Sequence record: OR062947.1
Direction: 5' to 3' (one strand)
Length of the DNA: 64,000 nucleotides
From: Escherichia phage 348Ecol098PP
The notes beneath the pieces are model-generated. The model was given only the letters and a program-made list of their open reading frames with translations, ran no database searches and had not been told where the DNA came from. Both the position numbers and the translations under genes were made by a program. How positions within the stretch are numbered: the stretch's first letter is position 1; each line of letters opens with the position of its first letter. This document shows, piece by piece, positions 9,928 to 19,501 of this stretch.

Positions 9928-10554
9928 ATGTATACTTTTAATGAATTTTTAGCCGAAACGGAAGTAATCACCGAAGCCGGTGTACGTATGACAAAAGAGA
10001 AATGGCAAGCTGCTTACGATGCTATTTCTGGTACAAAAACTAGTACAGAGTTTTTCAAAAACGTTCAAGCCATGTACGGTATCGACACTTCCAGCCAAAA
10101 AGAATATTACAGAGCTTCTAAAGCATTCAAAGATATTGTTAGTGGTGGTGTTTCTGCTAAATCGGGTTCGCCTAAAGTAAAACCTGCTCCTACCATTCCT
10201 AAACCTGCGACCCCTAAAGCAATAGCAAAACCTGAGCCTAAGCCGGAAGTAAAAGCAACTCCTAAAGCTCCTGCTCTTAAGTTTGATACTTCTAGCCTGG
10301 AAAAAAAATATAAACAACTATCTTCGCTTGTTCGCGATATTGAATCCGATACATCTTCACTCGTTCGTGAATTCAATAGTCTTCGTAATGGCCAACATAT
10401 CAACAACCTTGATACCCCGGACCTTTATCGTCTTTATTTGACTATCGAAGGTTTGAAGTACACTCAACCACTTCACGACGCGATTAAAGAAAAACTTCGT
10501 CAGGCAGGTCGTTTGGCTGCTGACGCTGCTCAGTATGCAAAAACTCGTAAGTAA
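9928..10554 (+). CDS. internal-protein-like protein with CTS and Pro/Lys-rich linker
   Basis: Starts MYTFNEFLAE (CTS pattern); central PKxxP low-complexity segment. Confidence 0.7.
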   Translation: MYTFNEFLAETEVITEAGVRMTKEKWQAAYDAISGTKTSTEFFKNVQAMYGIDTSSQKEYYRASKAFKDIVSGGVSAKSGSPKVKPAPTIPKPATPKAIAKPEPKPEVKATPKAPALKFDTSSLEKKYKQLSSLVRDIESDTSSLVREFNSLRNGQHINNLDTPDLYRLYLTIEGLKYTQPLHDAIKEKLRQAGRLAADAAQYAKTRK

Positions 10555-10559
10555 AGAAT

Positions 10560-10578
10560 GGGGACTTCGGTCCCCTTT
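10560..10578 (+). terminator. rho-independent terminator (TTCG tetraloop)
   Basis: ggggac-ttcg-gtcccc followed by TTT. Confidence 0.65.
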
Positions 10579-10604
10579 AGGGGGTCTATAACTTACTGAA
10601 AAAG

Positions 10605-10645
10605 TTGTTTACTTCTTCCCTAGATGTGTTACTATAGACCTATCA
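10605..10645 (+). promoter_or_regulatory. early promoter
   Basis: GTTTAC ... gtgttactat before ORF 10664. Confidence 0.5.
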
Positions 10646-10663
10646 AAACACGTGGAGAATATT

Positions 10664-10969
10664 ATGAGTCTTTACACTGAACTGAATAAAAAATCTGAAG
10701 AATCCGCTGAAACTATTTTTAAAAACGTGCAAAAGCGTATTTTAGAAAAGATGTATAACACTGCAGCTAAAGGTGAAAAATCTTGCCGGTTTCCGATTAG
10801 GTGTTCTTCAGATTTATGCGCAAATACTATTGAATGGCTGGAAAGTGAAGGTCTTACAGTAGAGAAAAACCCGGCGACTTCTATTGACGGCGAATCATAT
10901 ATTAGTATTTCTTGGGATAAACCACGTATGAATGAAGGACACTACAAGTTGTTAAGTTGGAAAAATTAA
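10664..10969 (+). CDS. hypothetical protein
   Basis: ORF with SD; ATG MSLYTELNKK. Confidence 0.6.
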   Translation: MSLYTELNKKSEESAETIFKNVQKRILEKMYNTAAKGEKSCRFPIRCSSDLCANTIEWLESEGLTVEKNPATSIDGESYISISWDKPRMNEGHYKLLSWKN

Positions 10970-10976
10970 AAATAAT

Positions 10977-11010
10977 GATGTACAAGCACCAAGGATGGTG
11001 ATACTATAGA
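10977..11010 (+). promoter_or_regulatory. early promoter (atgatgtaca subfamily)
   Basis: TGTACA -35-like, -10-like tactat; related cassettes at 29408, 31368, 32388, 63061. Confidence 0.45.
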
Positions 11011-11037
11011 CTTATCAACTACAGAGGAGTAAACAAA

Positions 11038-11202
11038 ATGACTACTTTAATTATTTGGTTCGATGAAAATGAAGAAACATACTGTGTGAATATTGGTGAA
11101 AGTCCAATGCCTGAATTTGAATCCTCAGATAAAAACTCTGTTGTATCTTGGGCTGAAGGTTATAAAGCAGCTAAAGGTGACGTTGAAATAATTTACATCT
11201 AA
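11038..11202 (+). CDS. small hypothetical protein (54 aa)
   Basis: ORF below track cutoff; SD agaggag before ATG; promoter upstream. Confidence 0.45.
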   Translation: MTTLIIWFDENEETYCVNIGESPMPEFESSDKNSVVSWAEGYKAAKGDVEIIYI

Positions 11203-11225
11203 GTAAGTTTATGTTATAGTAGTCC
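11188..11225 (+). promoter_or_regulatory. early promoter / PeSL-like cassette
   Basis: atttaca ... tgttatagtagtcctatc. Confidence 0.45.
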
Positions 11226-11248
11226 TATCAAATCAAGAGGAAAACAAA

Positions 11249-11476
11249 ATGGCTAAAGTTAGTATTGATGTCGTTGATTATGAATACACCGAAGAAGTTA
11301 TTCGCAACCGTCACCCTGAAGTTCGTATCGATTCAGCCCAAGATTCCAAGTTCTGGACAACTGAGCTTAATCTGAGTGGTCCTTATGAAGCTGTTAAGAA
11401 GTTCATGGTTGAAGAATACTGCGAAGGCATGCACCCGGAAGACGCCAAGTTTTATGTCAATTTGATTAAAAAATAA
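11249..11476 (+). CDS. hypothetical protein
   Basis: 75-aa ORF. Confidence 0.6.
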   Translation: MAKVSIDVVDYEYTEEVIRNRHPEVRIDSAQDSKFWTTELNLSGPYEAVKKFMVEEYCEGMHPEDAKFYVNLIKK

Positions 11477-11524
11477 TTTACAAACTCTTGAGAGCAGAGT
11501 ATAATGCTCTCATTGGATAATAAA
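11477..11524 (+). promoter_or_regulatory. early promoter TTTACA-17-TATAAT within inverted repeat; duplicated cassette
   Basis: Canonical -35/-10 spacing; inverted repeat gagagca/tgctctc around -10; 45-nt identical copy at 40957-41001. Confidence 0.65.
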
Positions 11525-11546
11525 CCACCAATTGAAAGGTAATAAT

Positions 11547-12140
11547 ATGAACACACTGAAGAAACTTGTCGAATTCATCCGCACTAAATTGGGTACTGCT
11601 ATGGCTAAAAATCTGACTGTCGAAGAACAGTATAACGCAGCTGCAGATAAGTTGATTACCCAAATCAAAGAACTAAAAACGGCTTCTGTTAAATCTATTA
11701 ATGAAGAAAAACGTATTCGCGAACTTGTTAATGAAAAGAACAAGCAAGCCGCTTCTAAGGAACGTGAAATTCGTAAGCTCCTGGCCGAAGGACAAGATGT
11801 TACCATGCATGCTAAGCTTGGTCTTCTGTATCGTCGAACTGCCGAACAACTTAATACAAAAGCTGACGGGTATGCCGCTATGCGAATTGAAATTGCTCGT
11901 AAGGTGGTTGAACTTGATGATGCTCGTCAGAACCTGGCAATCAAACTCGAATACATTCGTGAAACTCGAGCAGCCAATGCCCTTGGTATCTCTACGGCCG
12001 ATGATGTAATTGAAATCGCTGCACTGACTAAGGTTGATATCGAAGACACTCTGACTCGTGTTGAAACGTTCAATGGCACTCCAGCAGGTGTCGAAACCAC
12101 TTCTGCTGATGTACAAGAATATATTAACTCTTTGAAATAA
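11547..12140 (+). CDS. coiled-coil protein
   Basis: 197 aa, largely heptad-like charged sequence. Confidence 0.6.
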   Translation: MNTLKKLVEFIRTKLGTAMAKNLTVEEQYNAAADKLITQIKELKTASVKSINEEKRIRELVNEKNKQAASKEREIRKLLAEGQDVTMHAKLGLLYRRTAEQLNTKADGYAAMRIEIARKVVELDDARQNLAIKLEYIRETRAANALGISTADDVIEIAALTKVDIEDTLTRVETFNGTPAGVETTSADVQEYINSLK

Positions 12141-12148
12141 AATAATAC

Positions 12149-12170
12149 GGAGGACTCCGGTCCTCCTTTT
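12149..12170 (+). terminator. rho-independent terminator
   Basis: ggaggac-tccg-gtcctcc followed by TTTT. Confidence 0.7.
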
Positions 12171-12189
12171 GGATAATAAAGGAGTTAAC

Positions 12190-12792
12190 ATGCGAAACCA
12201 AAATAATGATATTGACTCAATGTTCGAAGAGTTCCGAGATAAGGTAAATCCACCTACGTCTTTAGTTGATTCATTACGATATGTTGCAACCGGACGTAAA
12301 TGGTACTGGTCGTCTTCTTATGAGACCACCGAGAAAACGGCTAGCCATAGCAGAAAATCTTTATTAGCCCCAGGTATTATGATTCATGATATCGGAGCTA
12401 TTGCTAAACTAGTTGCAGATCATGATATTAGATTCACCGATTTCGTTGCTCCTACATGGTCTGTTTGTTGTTTAAACACTGAATTGGAATATATCAGCGA
12501 ACGCTCTGAAGATTATTATGGTTTTAGAGATAAGCTTCTGAGGTCTAATATGTTTTATATCGATACAGAAGTTCTAGTCGATAATAAAAAATATTACTTT
12601 ACGTTAATCATCGATTCTGAAACTATGTATGAAGGCAAGCCTTTGCTTAAAAGAGTTGATGCTTTAAGTGCTATTGATGCGCTTTATGAAACCATGGTTG
12701 TTAGTCCTAATTTCACTAACAATTTAATCCTTGAGCAATTTATTATGGAATGTAGAGAATATGTCAAAGCCAACCCTGTACATGCCAAGTAA
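12190..12792 (+). CDS. hypothetical protein
   Basis: 200-aa ORF with SD aaggag. Confidence 0.6.
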   Translation: MRNQNNDIDSMFEEFRDKVNPPTSLVDSLRYVATGRKWYWSSSYETTEKTASHSRKSLLAPGIMIHDIGAIAKLVADHDIRFTDFVAPTWSVCCLNTELEYISERSEDYYGFRDKLLRSNMFYIDTEVLVDNKKYYFTLIIDSETMYEGKPLLKRVDALSAIDALYETMVVSPNFTNNLILEQFIMECREYVKANPVHAK

Positions 12793-13153
12793 GCCCTGGG
12801 CATACGAATACAAACGTAAATTAATCCCAAACGAAGTACTATTTGGCCCTATTTTAGCTTTAGCATTTTTAATCTTTATGATTATAGGAGCTGTTTTAGA
12901 TTCTAGTGAAGTTATATCGTCTGATGCAGTGTTTTTACTTATTATAGCTGGGTCGTTTATTGTGCCATTTTTATTAATGCCTATTAATTGGGTGGGATAT
13001 TGGTACCAAGGACGTCATCACAGAGCTAGAGTACGCGAATGGAAAATTCAATGTGCAAAAGCAAGAGCTCAATATGACGAGGCTGTTAAAAAATATGAAT
13101 ATGACGAAGCCATGGAATTCGTTAAGGAGATAAGATGCAAAAGCCTGAACTGA
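12782..13153 (+). CDS. membrane protein (2 predicted TM)
   Basis: Starts at ATG overlapping upstream stop; hydrophobic segments. Confidence 0.55.
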   Translation: MPSKPWAYEYKRKLIPNEVLFGPILALAFLIFMIIGAVLDSSEVISSDAVFLLIIAGSFIVPFLLMPINWVGYWYQGRHHRARVREWKIQCAKARAQYDEAVKKYEYDEAMEFVKEIRCKSLN

Positions 13154-13162
13154 ATTTATGCT

Positions 13163-13192
13163 GTTTACGCTTCTCAAATGATTAGTTATAAT
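13163..13192 (+). promoter_or_regulatory. early promoter GTTTAC-N18-TATAAT
   Basis: Direct read. Confidence 0.55.
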
Positions 13193-13251
13193 GAACTCCT
13201 AGCTAGACGTGAAAATGAAACAATCGAAAACTTTATTAAGGAATGTAGAAA

Positions 13252-13557
13252 ATGAGTAAGATTATTGAAATTAAAGTACCAGAGTTTAATGATGCCAAAT
13301 CCGCTTCAGATGCAATTTATAAACTTCTGAATCAAGCTGAACGTATCGAAGAAGAAGCAACAAAGATCGCAGACCAATATGCCGTATCATTTTCTGTAGG
13401 TGATTATGGTAGCGGTCGTACTTATTATCCTAAGGGTGAAATCGTATCCCAGTGGATGAAAAATGAAATTGAAAATAATGGTGGCGATGTTAAGCGTGAA
13501 GGTAATGGTTACGTTATTACTGAAGGTGCTTGGGTTTCGTCTTCTGCGTTGTGCTAA
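13252..13557 (+). CDS. small protein, paralog 1 of 3 (C-terminal WVSSSxxC motif)
   Basis: Ends ...GAWVSSSALC. Confidence 0.6.
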   Translation: MSKIIEIKVPEFNDAKSASDAIYKLLNQAERIEEEATKIADQYAVSFSVGDYGSGRTYYPKGEIVSQWMKNEIENNGGDVKREGNGYVITEGAWVSSSALC

Positions 13558-13566
13558 GGAATCATT

Positions 13567-13839
13567 ATGTCTAAAGAACAAACCGAACTGGCTGAAGCTG
13601 TAGCAAAAATCTATGCAGCTATTGAGGCTGCCAAAGAAATTGCTGATAAACAAAACACAACATTCGACTTGCACCCAGCTTATGGTATGGGTGGAACCTA
13701 TCATTCACCCGGACATCTTAAAGCCGATCTTGAACGTTGTACAAAAAACGGCTATGCTGAATGGGCTGACGTTTACCAATACGACTACAACCTGAGCCTC
13801 GAAACTGGTGGTTGGGTCGCATCTTCTCACACTTGCTAA
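13567..13839 (+). CDS. small protein, paralog 2 of 3
   Basis: Ends ...GGWVASSHTC. Confidence 0.6.
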   Translation: MSKEQTELAEAVAKIYAAIEAAKEIADKQNTTFDLHPAYGMGGTYHSPGHLKADLERCTKNGYAEWADVYQYDYNLSLETGGWVASSHTC

Positions 13840-13848
13840 GGAAACTAT

Positions 13849-14046
13849 ATGTCTCGTGAATTAGATTGTGCTGTACGTACCGCAGTAGCTGCCCTGGAAA
13901 ACCTGTTCCAAATTGCAACAGAAGAACGCGAAGAAGTTACATTGTGGATTGAAGATAACGCAGGTCTGAATCTCCAGGACGCGATCTCATTATCCCACAA
14001 TAGTATCACTGTTCAAGGCTGGGTATCATCTAGTTATTCTTGCTAA
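13849..14046 (+). CDS. small protein, paralog 3 of 3
   Basis: Ends ...QGWVSSSYSC. Confidence 0.6.
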   Translation: MSRELDCAVRTAVAALENLFQIATEEREEVTLWIEDNAGLNLQDAISLSHNSITVQGWVSSSYSC

Positions 14047-14049
14047 AAC

Positions 14050-14090
14050 AGTTTACAACAAGATAGGGCTATGTTATAGTAGTCCTATCA
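14050..14090 (+). promoter_or_regulatory. early promoter / PeSL
   Basis: GTTTACA ... atagggcta tgttatag tagtcctat. Confidence 0.5.
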
Positions 14091-14108
14091 AATTAAATGG
14101 AGTCCACA

Positions 14109-14348
14109 ATGATTTATTACGAAAGTATCGGAACCAAAGTGGTTGCTAAAACCATTACTCGTGAAAAGTTTGCAAAGATATTCGATATGCGTTATAAAAA
14201 ATCTGAACACAAAGGCATCCGATTCGAAGATGCGCACTGTACAATTTGCCCTTATAATGAAGACATAAACGGTACAATCGTTCCATTGGTAGAGGCTTCA
14301 CACGATGACCTCTGGGATGAATATGATATCGCATGTCGTGAAATTTAA
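14109..14348 (+). CDS. hypothetical protein
   Basis: SD GGAG before ATG (MIYYESIG). Confidence 0.55.
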   Translation: MIYYESIGTKVVAKTITREKFAKIFDMRYKKSEHKGIRFEDAHCTICPYNEDINGTIVPLVEASHDDLWDEYDIACREI

Positions 14349-14376
14349 GTTAATGAATTAATCCGAGGAAAATATT

Positions 14377-15333
14377 ATGATGTTAGTTATTGGTTCTCGT
14401 GCACTTCACTATCACGGTCTTATTGATTCTAGCGCTATCAAAAATAGTGATTGGGACTTTATTGCGGACCAAGGTTCTTGGAATGCATTCAAAAATCAAA
14501 TGATGGGTGTATATGTTCACCAAGATAACCCTAATGTTCAAGTTTTCAAATGCTTCCATAATGGACGCGAAACTCATTTTGAAGCATATATTGTTCCGGC
14601 AATCACTAATGTCCGTGAATTAGTCGGTGAACTCACTCCTGAAGATTTCACGTCTTCTTATGACCTTTTAAAATACGCCAAGAAAAATTTGACTAAAGAC
14701 CGTTTGAACGGGTTTTACTGGGCAACTCCTGAGATATGTCTTGCAATTAAGATGTCTCATCGTTTCAAGAAAAATAATCCATTCTTTTTAAAGACTATGA
14801 ACCATATTCAGTATCTTCGTGGTAAAGGTGTTACACTGAACGATGAACTTACTGAAATTATGCTGAAACGCCAGAAAGAAACCTTGAACTATGCTCACCC
14901 AGTTCTTGACACTTCTAAAAGTGCGTTCTTTAAAGATGACATCTATACATATGACCATGATACTATTCATGAAGCCATTGCACTAACAGACCGTCCAGCG
15001 TATACATTTTATATGAAAGATGGTTCTGAAGTCATGACCTCACGCGAGAAGTTCGAATCGTTACCCGAAATGATTAAACTGGCTGGTGTATACGAAGAAT
15101 CATGTGTACTAGCATTAGAACGTTCTCAAATTCCTAATGACTTTAAAATTAACCCTGAAGCCAGTTTTATGATGGCATTGGAAAAAGTCTGTACAAGCAT
15201 CACCTCCGGTTGGTTCCGTGAATACGCATACGAGAACTATTATGAAGTAGTGGCTATGTATCATAAGCTCGGCAAAAATGATTACGTCAAACGTTTCAAA
15301 CAAAATTTCCATATGGTAAAACCTTTCAAATAA
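14377..15333 (+). CDS. hypothetical protein, possible nucleotidyltransferase fold
   Basis: N-terminal GS-x17-DWD resembles a loosened pol-beta nucleotidyltransferase motif. Confidence 0.5.
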   Translation: MMLVIGSRALHYHGLIDSSAIKNSDWDFIADQGSWNAFKNQMMGVYVHQDNPNVQVFKCFHNGRETHFEAYIVPAITNVRELVGELTPEDFTSSYDLLKYAKKNLTKDRLNGFYWATPEICLAIKMSHRFKKNNPFFLKTMNHIQYLRGKGVTLNDELTEIMLKRQKETLNYAHPVLDTSKSAFFKDDIYTYDHDTIHEAIALTDRPAYTFYMKDGSEVMTSREKFESLPEMIKLAGVYEESCVLALERSQIPNDFKINPEASFMMALEKVCTSITSGWFREYAYENYYEVVAMYHKLGKNDYVKRFKQNFHMVKPFK

Positions 15334-15343
15334 CTTCACAAAA

Positions 15344-15385
15344 CTGTTTACGCAATTATAGGACTATGTTATAGTAGTCCTATTA
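15344..15385 (+). promoter_or_regulatory. early promoter inside perfect inverted repeat (PeSL)
   Basis: GTTTAC, inverted repeat ataggacta/tagtcctat flanking tgttatag. Confidence 0.55.
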
Positions 15386-15403
15386 AAACATGAGGAGAAT
15401 ATT

Positions 15404-15709
15404 ATGAAATTAGGCGAAACCAACCGAATTGGTCTTTTAACAATATTTGCATCACCTTTTTACGCAACTCTTTCTGTTGCAGTATTACAAAAGGCTTACA
15501 GTATGGATGGTGTTCCTGGTTTTGTATTCTTATCACCGTTTTTATTATTCGTCGGAGCTTTGTTATTATATGCCACGACTAGTTTCGACCATAATGTCTG
15601 GGTCAATTATAAATGTAAATTGTCCGAAGAAGAACACGCAGAAGCTCGTAAAAAAGCTATTGAATCTACCAATCTAGAAAATTTCATTAAAGAATGTCGA
15701 GGAAAATAA
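15404..15709 (+). CDS. membrane protein
   Basis: 101 aa, 2-3 hydrophobic segments. Confidence 0.6.
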   Translation: MKLGETNRIGLLTIFASPFYATLSVAVLQKAYSMDGVPGFVFLSPFLLFVGALLLYATTSFDHNVWVNYKCKLSEEEHAEARKKAIESTNLENFIKECRGK

Positions 15710-15710
15710 T

Positions 15711-16397
15711 ATGAATAGTTCTAAAGTGTTTAATAGTCAAGCTCGTGCAGTAGGTGGTTTTGCTCATGCGATTAAAAACGACCAGATTAAAAACGAGCCT
15801 ATGTTCTTTAACTGCGATTTGAATTTTGCTTTTGATAATGGTGGTCCAATTACTCGTAGCTTTATCATGAACTTGCCAGATGATTGGAACACCGACCAGG
15901 TTGTATTTGATTCACGAGTCCACATGCTGATGCCAGGTTGGTACCCTGCTATTCCTGGATATCACCATGACGATGTTCCACGCCCTGATATTCCAGTTGG
16001 TCAACACTTTATTACTGCAGGACAACCTGACTATGACAATCCTCGTTATTTGTCTGAACATATTCTTGGTCTTGTTAACGCTGATGTGTGTCCTACTCAT
16101 TTTGCAACAGGAACTGCAGAGTTCAGTCAGATTCCTGATGGCGAACTTATCTATCGCCAGTGGCACAAAGAAGTCCTCGAAAAAATTGAAAAAGGTGAAC
16201 TAGAGAAATGGGAAGCTCCAGATCGTACTCTTCTTCAGTTTGATTGGCAAACATGGCACACTGGTTCTCGTGCAATTAGTAACGGATGGCGTTGGTTCGG
16301 ACGTGTATCTCGTAATACAGACCGAGTTAAAAAGATTACCAATGAAATTCGTGTCAACGCTCAAGTTTATCTGGAATTCCCTATGGAAGGCTGGTAA
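15711..16397 (+). CDS. hypothetical protein
   Basis: 228-aa ORF. Confidence 0.6.
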   Translation: MNSSKVFNSQARAVGGFAHAIKNDQIKNEPMFFNCDLNFAFDNGGPITRSFIMNLPDDWNTDQVVFDSRVHMLMPGWYPAIPGYHHDDVPRPDIPVGQHFITAGQPDYDNPRYLSEHILGLVNADVCPTHFATGTAEFSQIPDGELIYRQWHKEVLEKIEKGELEKWEAPDRTLLQFDWQTWHTGSRAISNGWRWFGRVSRNTDRVKKITNEIRVNAQVYLEFPMEGW

Positions 16398-16876
16398 TGA
16401 TTAACAATAATATAGACGATGGCAATGAAGGTATTTCGTATTATTCAGTAGATTGGACAGGATGTCCATCCTACTTAGTGAAACATATTTGCCAAGAATT
16501 TAAAATCGACCAGCCAGCAGGTATTATCGTGAACAGATACATTAATGGATATCAACCTATCGATGAAGTAATACGAACAACTCAAGCTGAGCTTGAAAAG
16601 TTTTTCAATAAGTGCCAATGGATAACAGGATGGATTATATTTGTACCGTCGGTATGGTTTTTCGGTACTAAGGTGAGTTCTTTCGGTTTTGTTGATATTA
16701 TTGCTATCTTATTAGCATCTACTATCGTAAGTATTATTGGTGGTATTATTGGTGGAGGTACTGTAGGCATCATTATTAATCTTGTTAAAAGTAGTTTACA
16801 GGAACGTAAAGACAAGATAAAAGCCAAGAATAATGAAGTTGAACGTTTTATTACCGAATGCAGGAATTTGAGATGA
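16397..16876 (+). CDS. membrane protein with glycine-zipper segment
   Basis: IIGGIIGGGTVGIIINL hydrophobic Gly-zipper. Confidence 0.6.
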   Translation: MINNNIDDGNEGISYYSVDWTGCPSYLVKHICQEFKIDQPAGIIVNRYINGYQPIDEVIRTTQAELEKFFNKCQWITGWIIFVPSVWFFGTKVSSFGFVDIIAILLASTIVSIIGGIIGGGTVGIIINLVKSSLQERKDKIKAKNNEVERFITECRNLR

Positions 16877-17109
16877 GTATAGCAATTTACGTTAAATCAG
16901 AATCATGTGATAGTTATCTGTACACATACGATAAAGATGTGTCAGAAGAAAAAATCAAAGACGACCTTAATATGGACCTTGATATGTTCTGTCCTATTGC
17001 AGATTACAAACTTGCGGTCTCTAATAGTGAAAGTCCATCTAAAGAAACGCGCATTGAAGAATTTATGTCCGAATTAATGGCCAAATCATGGGACCGAGAT
17101 GATGAGTAA
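16873..17109 (+). CDS. hypothetical protein
   Basis: ATGA overlap start. Confidence 0.5.
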   Translation: MSIAIYVKSESCDSYLYTYDKDVSEEKIKDDLNMDLDMFCPIADYKLAVSNSESPSKETRIEEFMSELMAKSWDRDDE

Positions 17110-17557
17110 GAAAAATAAAGTGAAAGAACTATCAGCCGGTATTATTTTCCTTACCGAAGATAAAGAGTTATTCATGGGGCGTGTAACTGGTTCTCGTCCT
17201 AAAGGTGCATTAGCTCATCGGTGGGATATTCCTAAAGGCCGTGTCGAACCTGGCGAATCTCCTATTGAAGCCGCTATTCGTGAATGCGAAGAAGAAACTG
17301 GGTTTACACAATATGACCCTGCCTTCCTGAAAGACTTAGGTGAACGTCATTACTCAGACAATAAGAATATTCATCTGTTCCAATATACCATCCCTGTAGA
17401 GCACGAGCAATTCAGAAACAGTGTTTGTAATTCCTATCATACATTCCCAGACGGACGTCAGATTCCTGAATTTGATGCATTCGCTTTAATTAAACCTTCT
17501 CAATGGGAATATGTAATGGGCAAATCATTATATAAGGTGCTCACTACCCTCCTATAA
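17099..17557 (+). CDS. nudE: Nudix hydrolase NudE
   Basis: Nudix box GRVEPGESPIEAAIRECEEETG. Confidence 0.85.
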   Translation: MMSKKNKVKELSAGIIFLTEDKELFMGRVTGSRPKGALAHRWDIPKGRVEPGESPIEAAIRECEEETGFTQYDPAFLKDLGERHYSDNKNIHLFQYTIPVEHEQFRNSVCNSYHTFPDGRQIPEFDAFALIKPSQWEYVMGKSLYKVLTTLL

Positions 17558-17591
17558 GTAATAAATACCTCCTATAAACGTGGGAGGTATT

Positions 17592-18080
17592 ATGAATATA
17601 TTTGAAATGCTTCGTAATGACGAAGGTCTTAGACTGACTTTATATAAAGACACTGAAGGCTTTTGGACGATTGGCATAGGCCATTTAGTAACAAAGAACC
17701 CGTCTTTAGCCGTAGCTAAAGCTGAACTTGACAGAATGATCGGTCGTAAATGCAACGGTACAATTACCCTTGATGAGGCTGAAAAGCTATTTAATGAAGA
17801 CGTTGATAAAGCCGTTCGCGGAATCTTGGGTAATGCTAAACTTAAACCGGTATACGATTCTTTAGATGCAGTTCGTCGATGTGCATTGGTCAATATGGTC
17901 TTCCAAATGGGTGTAGCAGGCGTCGCCGGTTTTACTAATTCTCTTCGTATGCTTCAACAGAAACGTTGGGATGAAGCGGCAGTAAATCTAGCCCAATCTA
18001 AATGGTATCGTCAGACACCTAATCGCGCGAAACGCGTAATCTCAACATTTAAAACAGGAACTTGGAAAGCGTATATATGA
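17592..18080 (+). CDS. e: endolysin (T4 lysozyme e)
   Basis: [32 protein letters not shown]..., about 164 aa. Confidence 0.95.
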   Translation: MNIFEMLRNDEGLRLTLYKDTEGFWTIGIGHLVTKNPSLAVAKAELDRMIGRKCNGTITLDEAEKLFNEDVDKAVRGILGNAKLKPVYDSLDAVRRCALVNMVFQMGVAGVAGFTNSLRMLQQKRWDEAAVNLAQSKWYRQTPNRAKRVISTFKTGTWKAYI

Positions 18081-18358
18081 AAACATATAGTGAATTTTTA
18101 TCAGAATCTATTCTTAACGAAGCTACTGACACATTTGCAACTAAGCTAGGTGCAGCTTTGGTTGAAGCTGAAAGTCTATTAGCACGTATTTCTGAACTTG
18201 CTAGTAAGATAGATACTCGCAAATTTGAGCGCACCAGTGATATCGTTAAGCTTGAAGCCTTATTGCGTATGTGCGATAAACCGGAAGAAATCGCTAAGAA
18301 CGGCTCGCTGATGAAACAACGTCTTGAAAAATATATTTCAGGCGCTTCAGAAAAATAG
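18077..18358 (+). CDS. internal-protein-like protein with CTS
   Basis: Starts [10 protein letters not shown], overlaps e stop. Confidence 0.7.
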   Translation: MKTYSEFLSESILNEATDTFATKLGAALVEAESLLARISELASKIDTRKFERTSDIVKLEALLRMCDKPEEIAKNGSLMKQRLEKYISGASEK

Positions 18359-18359
18359 T

Positions 18360-18412
18360 GTTTACTTCCTCCAAGGGTTTTGATACTATACATTCATCAA
18401 CTACTTGGAGGA
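18360..18412 (+). promoter_or_regulatory. early promoter in stem-loop whose 3-prime arm carries the SD (PeSL)
   Basis: GTTTAC; inverted repeat tcctccaag/cttggagga; SD for denV inside 3-prime arm. Confidence 0.5.
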
Positions 18413-18416
18413 AATT

Positions 18417-18830
18417 ATGACTCGTATCAATTTAACACTTGTTTCTGAACTGACCGACCAACACCTTATGGCTGAGTATCGTGAATTACCACGCGTATTT
18501 GGTGCAGTCCGTAAACATGTTCAAAACGGTAAACGTGTAAAGGATTTTAAAATCTCTCCAACATTTATCTTAGGCACAGGTCACGTAACATTCTTTTACG
18601 ACAAACTCGAATTTTTACGTTTACGACAAATCGAGCTAATCGCTGAATGTTTGAAACGTGGTTTCAAAATCAAGGACACGACAGTCCAGGATATTTCCGA
18701 CATCCCTGCCGAATTTCGTAATAATTATGTCCCGTCCGAAGCGTCCATTGCGATAAGTCAAGCGCGCTTAGATGAAAAAATTGCTCAACGTCCGACTTGG
18801 TACAAATACTATGGTAAATCAATTTACTAA
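18417..18830 (+). CDS. denV: endonuclease V (pyrimidine dimer DNA glycosylase) DenV
   Basis: [34 protein letters not shown]..., recalled T4 endo V. Confidence 0.9.
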   Translation: MTRINLTLVSELTDQHLMAEYRELPRVFGAVRKHVQNGKRVKDFKISPTFILGTGHVTFFYDKLEFLRLRQIELIAECLKRGFKIKDTTVQDISDIPAEFRNNYVPSEASIAISQARLDEKIAQRPTWYKYYGKSIY

Positions 18831-18836
18831 GGAAAA

Positions 18837-19097
18837 ATGAAAATGTATCAAGAATTTATCGTTGAAGCAGATGCCAAAGGTCCTAAATTTAAAGTTAAAG
18901 CTTTCATTGGTGATGCGGAAGACTTTGGCTCATTAAAACGTAATGGGTATTCTTTCTTAGGTGGCAATGGTAAAGAAATCAACACCTATGCAAAACGTAG
19001 TGAAATTGCTTATGTTGTAGCAAGTCCTAAAGTAGATGTTGACGATATTGGATATGATTTTAACAACTTCGGAATTATTTCTGGCGGTAAAGCTTAA
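18837..19097 (+). CDS. internal-protein-like protein with CTS (ipII position)
   Basis: Starts MKMYQEFIVE; follows denV as ipII does in T4. Confidence 0.7.
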   Translation: MKMYQEFIVEADAKGPKFKVKAFIGDAEDFGSLKRNGYSFLGGNGKEINTYAKRSEIAYVVASPKVDVDDIGYDFNNFGIISGGKA

Positions 19098-19100
19098 ACG

Positions 19101-19130
19101 GTTTACGCTTAAGTATTAATATGGTATAAT
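19101..19130 (+). promoter_or_regulatory. early promoter GTTTAC-N18-TATAAT
   Basis: Direct read. Confidence 0.55.
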
Positions 19131-19161
19131 TACTCTATCAAAACAAACAAGGAAACAAAAA

Positions 19162-19476
19162 ATGAAAACGTATAAAGAATTTATTGCAGAATCCGCCAAC
19201 CAACGCGTTGAAGGTGGTTATATTTGGATTGAACAAGTTGAGCCACCGAGCCGCACTTCTACAGGTAAATGGAAAATTACTGTTGACGGTCCTGGCGGTA
19301 AACGTAGGACTCTTAAAGAAATTAATGGGTACTATGAAGAAGCTCTTTCGGATGCAGGAACTTACATGATGCAAATCATGATTAAAAACCCTGAAAACCG
19401 TTTTGCAGCTAAAGTCTTCCGTCGTATTGGTAATAAACTTTATGATGCATACTCTAAAAACTTCCCTAAAGAATAA
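19162..19476 (+). CDS. internal-protein-like protein with CTS (ipIII-like)
   Basis: Starts MKTYKEFIAE. Confidence 0.7.
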   Translation: MKTYKEFIAESANQRVEGGYIWIEQVEPPSRTSTGKWKITVDGPGGKRRTLKEINGYYEEALSDAGTYMMQIMIKNPENRFAAKVFRRIGNKLYDAYSKNFPKE

Positions 19477-19501
19477 CATAAATTAAAACAATAGGAACAA
19501 A

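Noticed and set aside
10140-10320. Pro/Lys-rich repetitive stretch (PKPATPKAIAKPEPKPEVKATPK)
   Set aside because: In-frame low-complexity linker of a protein-coding gene, not an independent DNA repeat element.
9949-10406. Minus-strand ORFs (122 aa and 99 aa) inside the CTS-protein gene 9928-10554
   Set aside because: Antisense shadow ORFs lying wholly within a well-supported + strand gene; low-complexity Arg/Phe-rich translation; no RBS.
11478-12191. Minus-strand ORFs (61, 98 and 172 aa) overlapping genes 11547-12140
   Set aside because: Fully nested antisense to a + strand gene in a uniformly + strand early region; no promoter or RBS.
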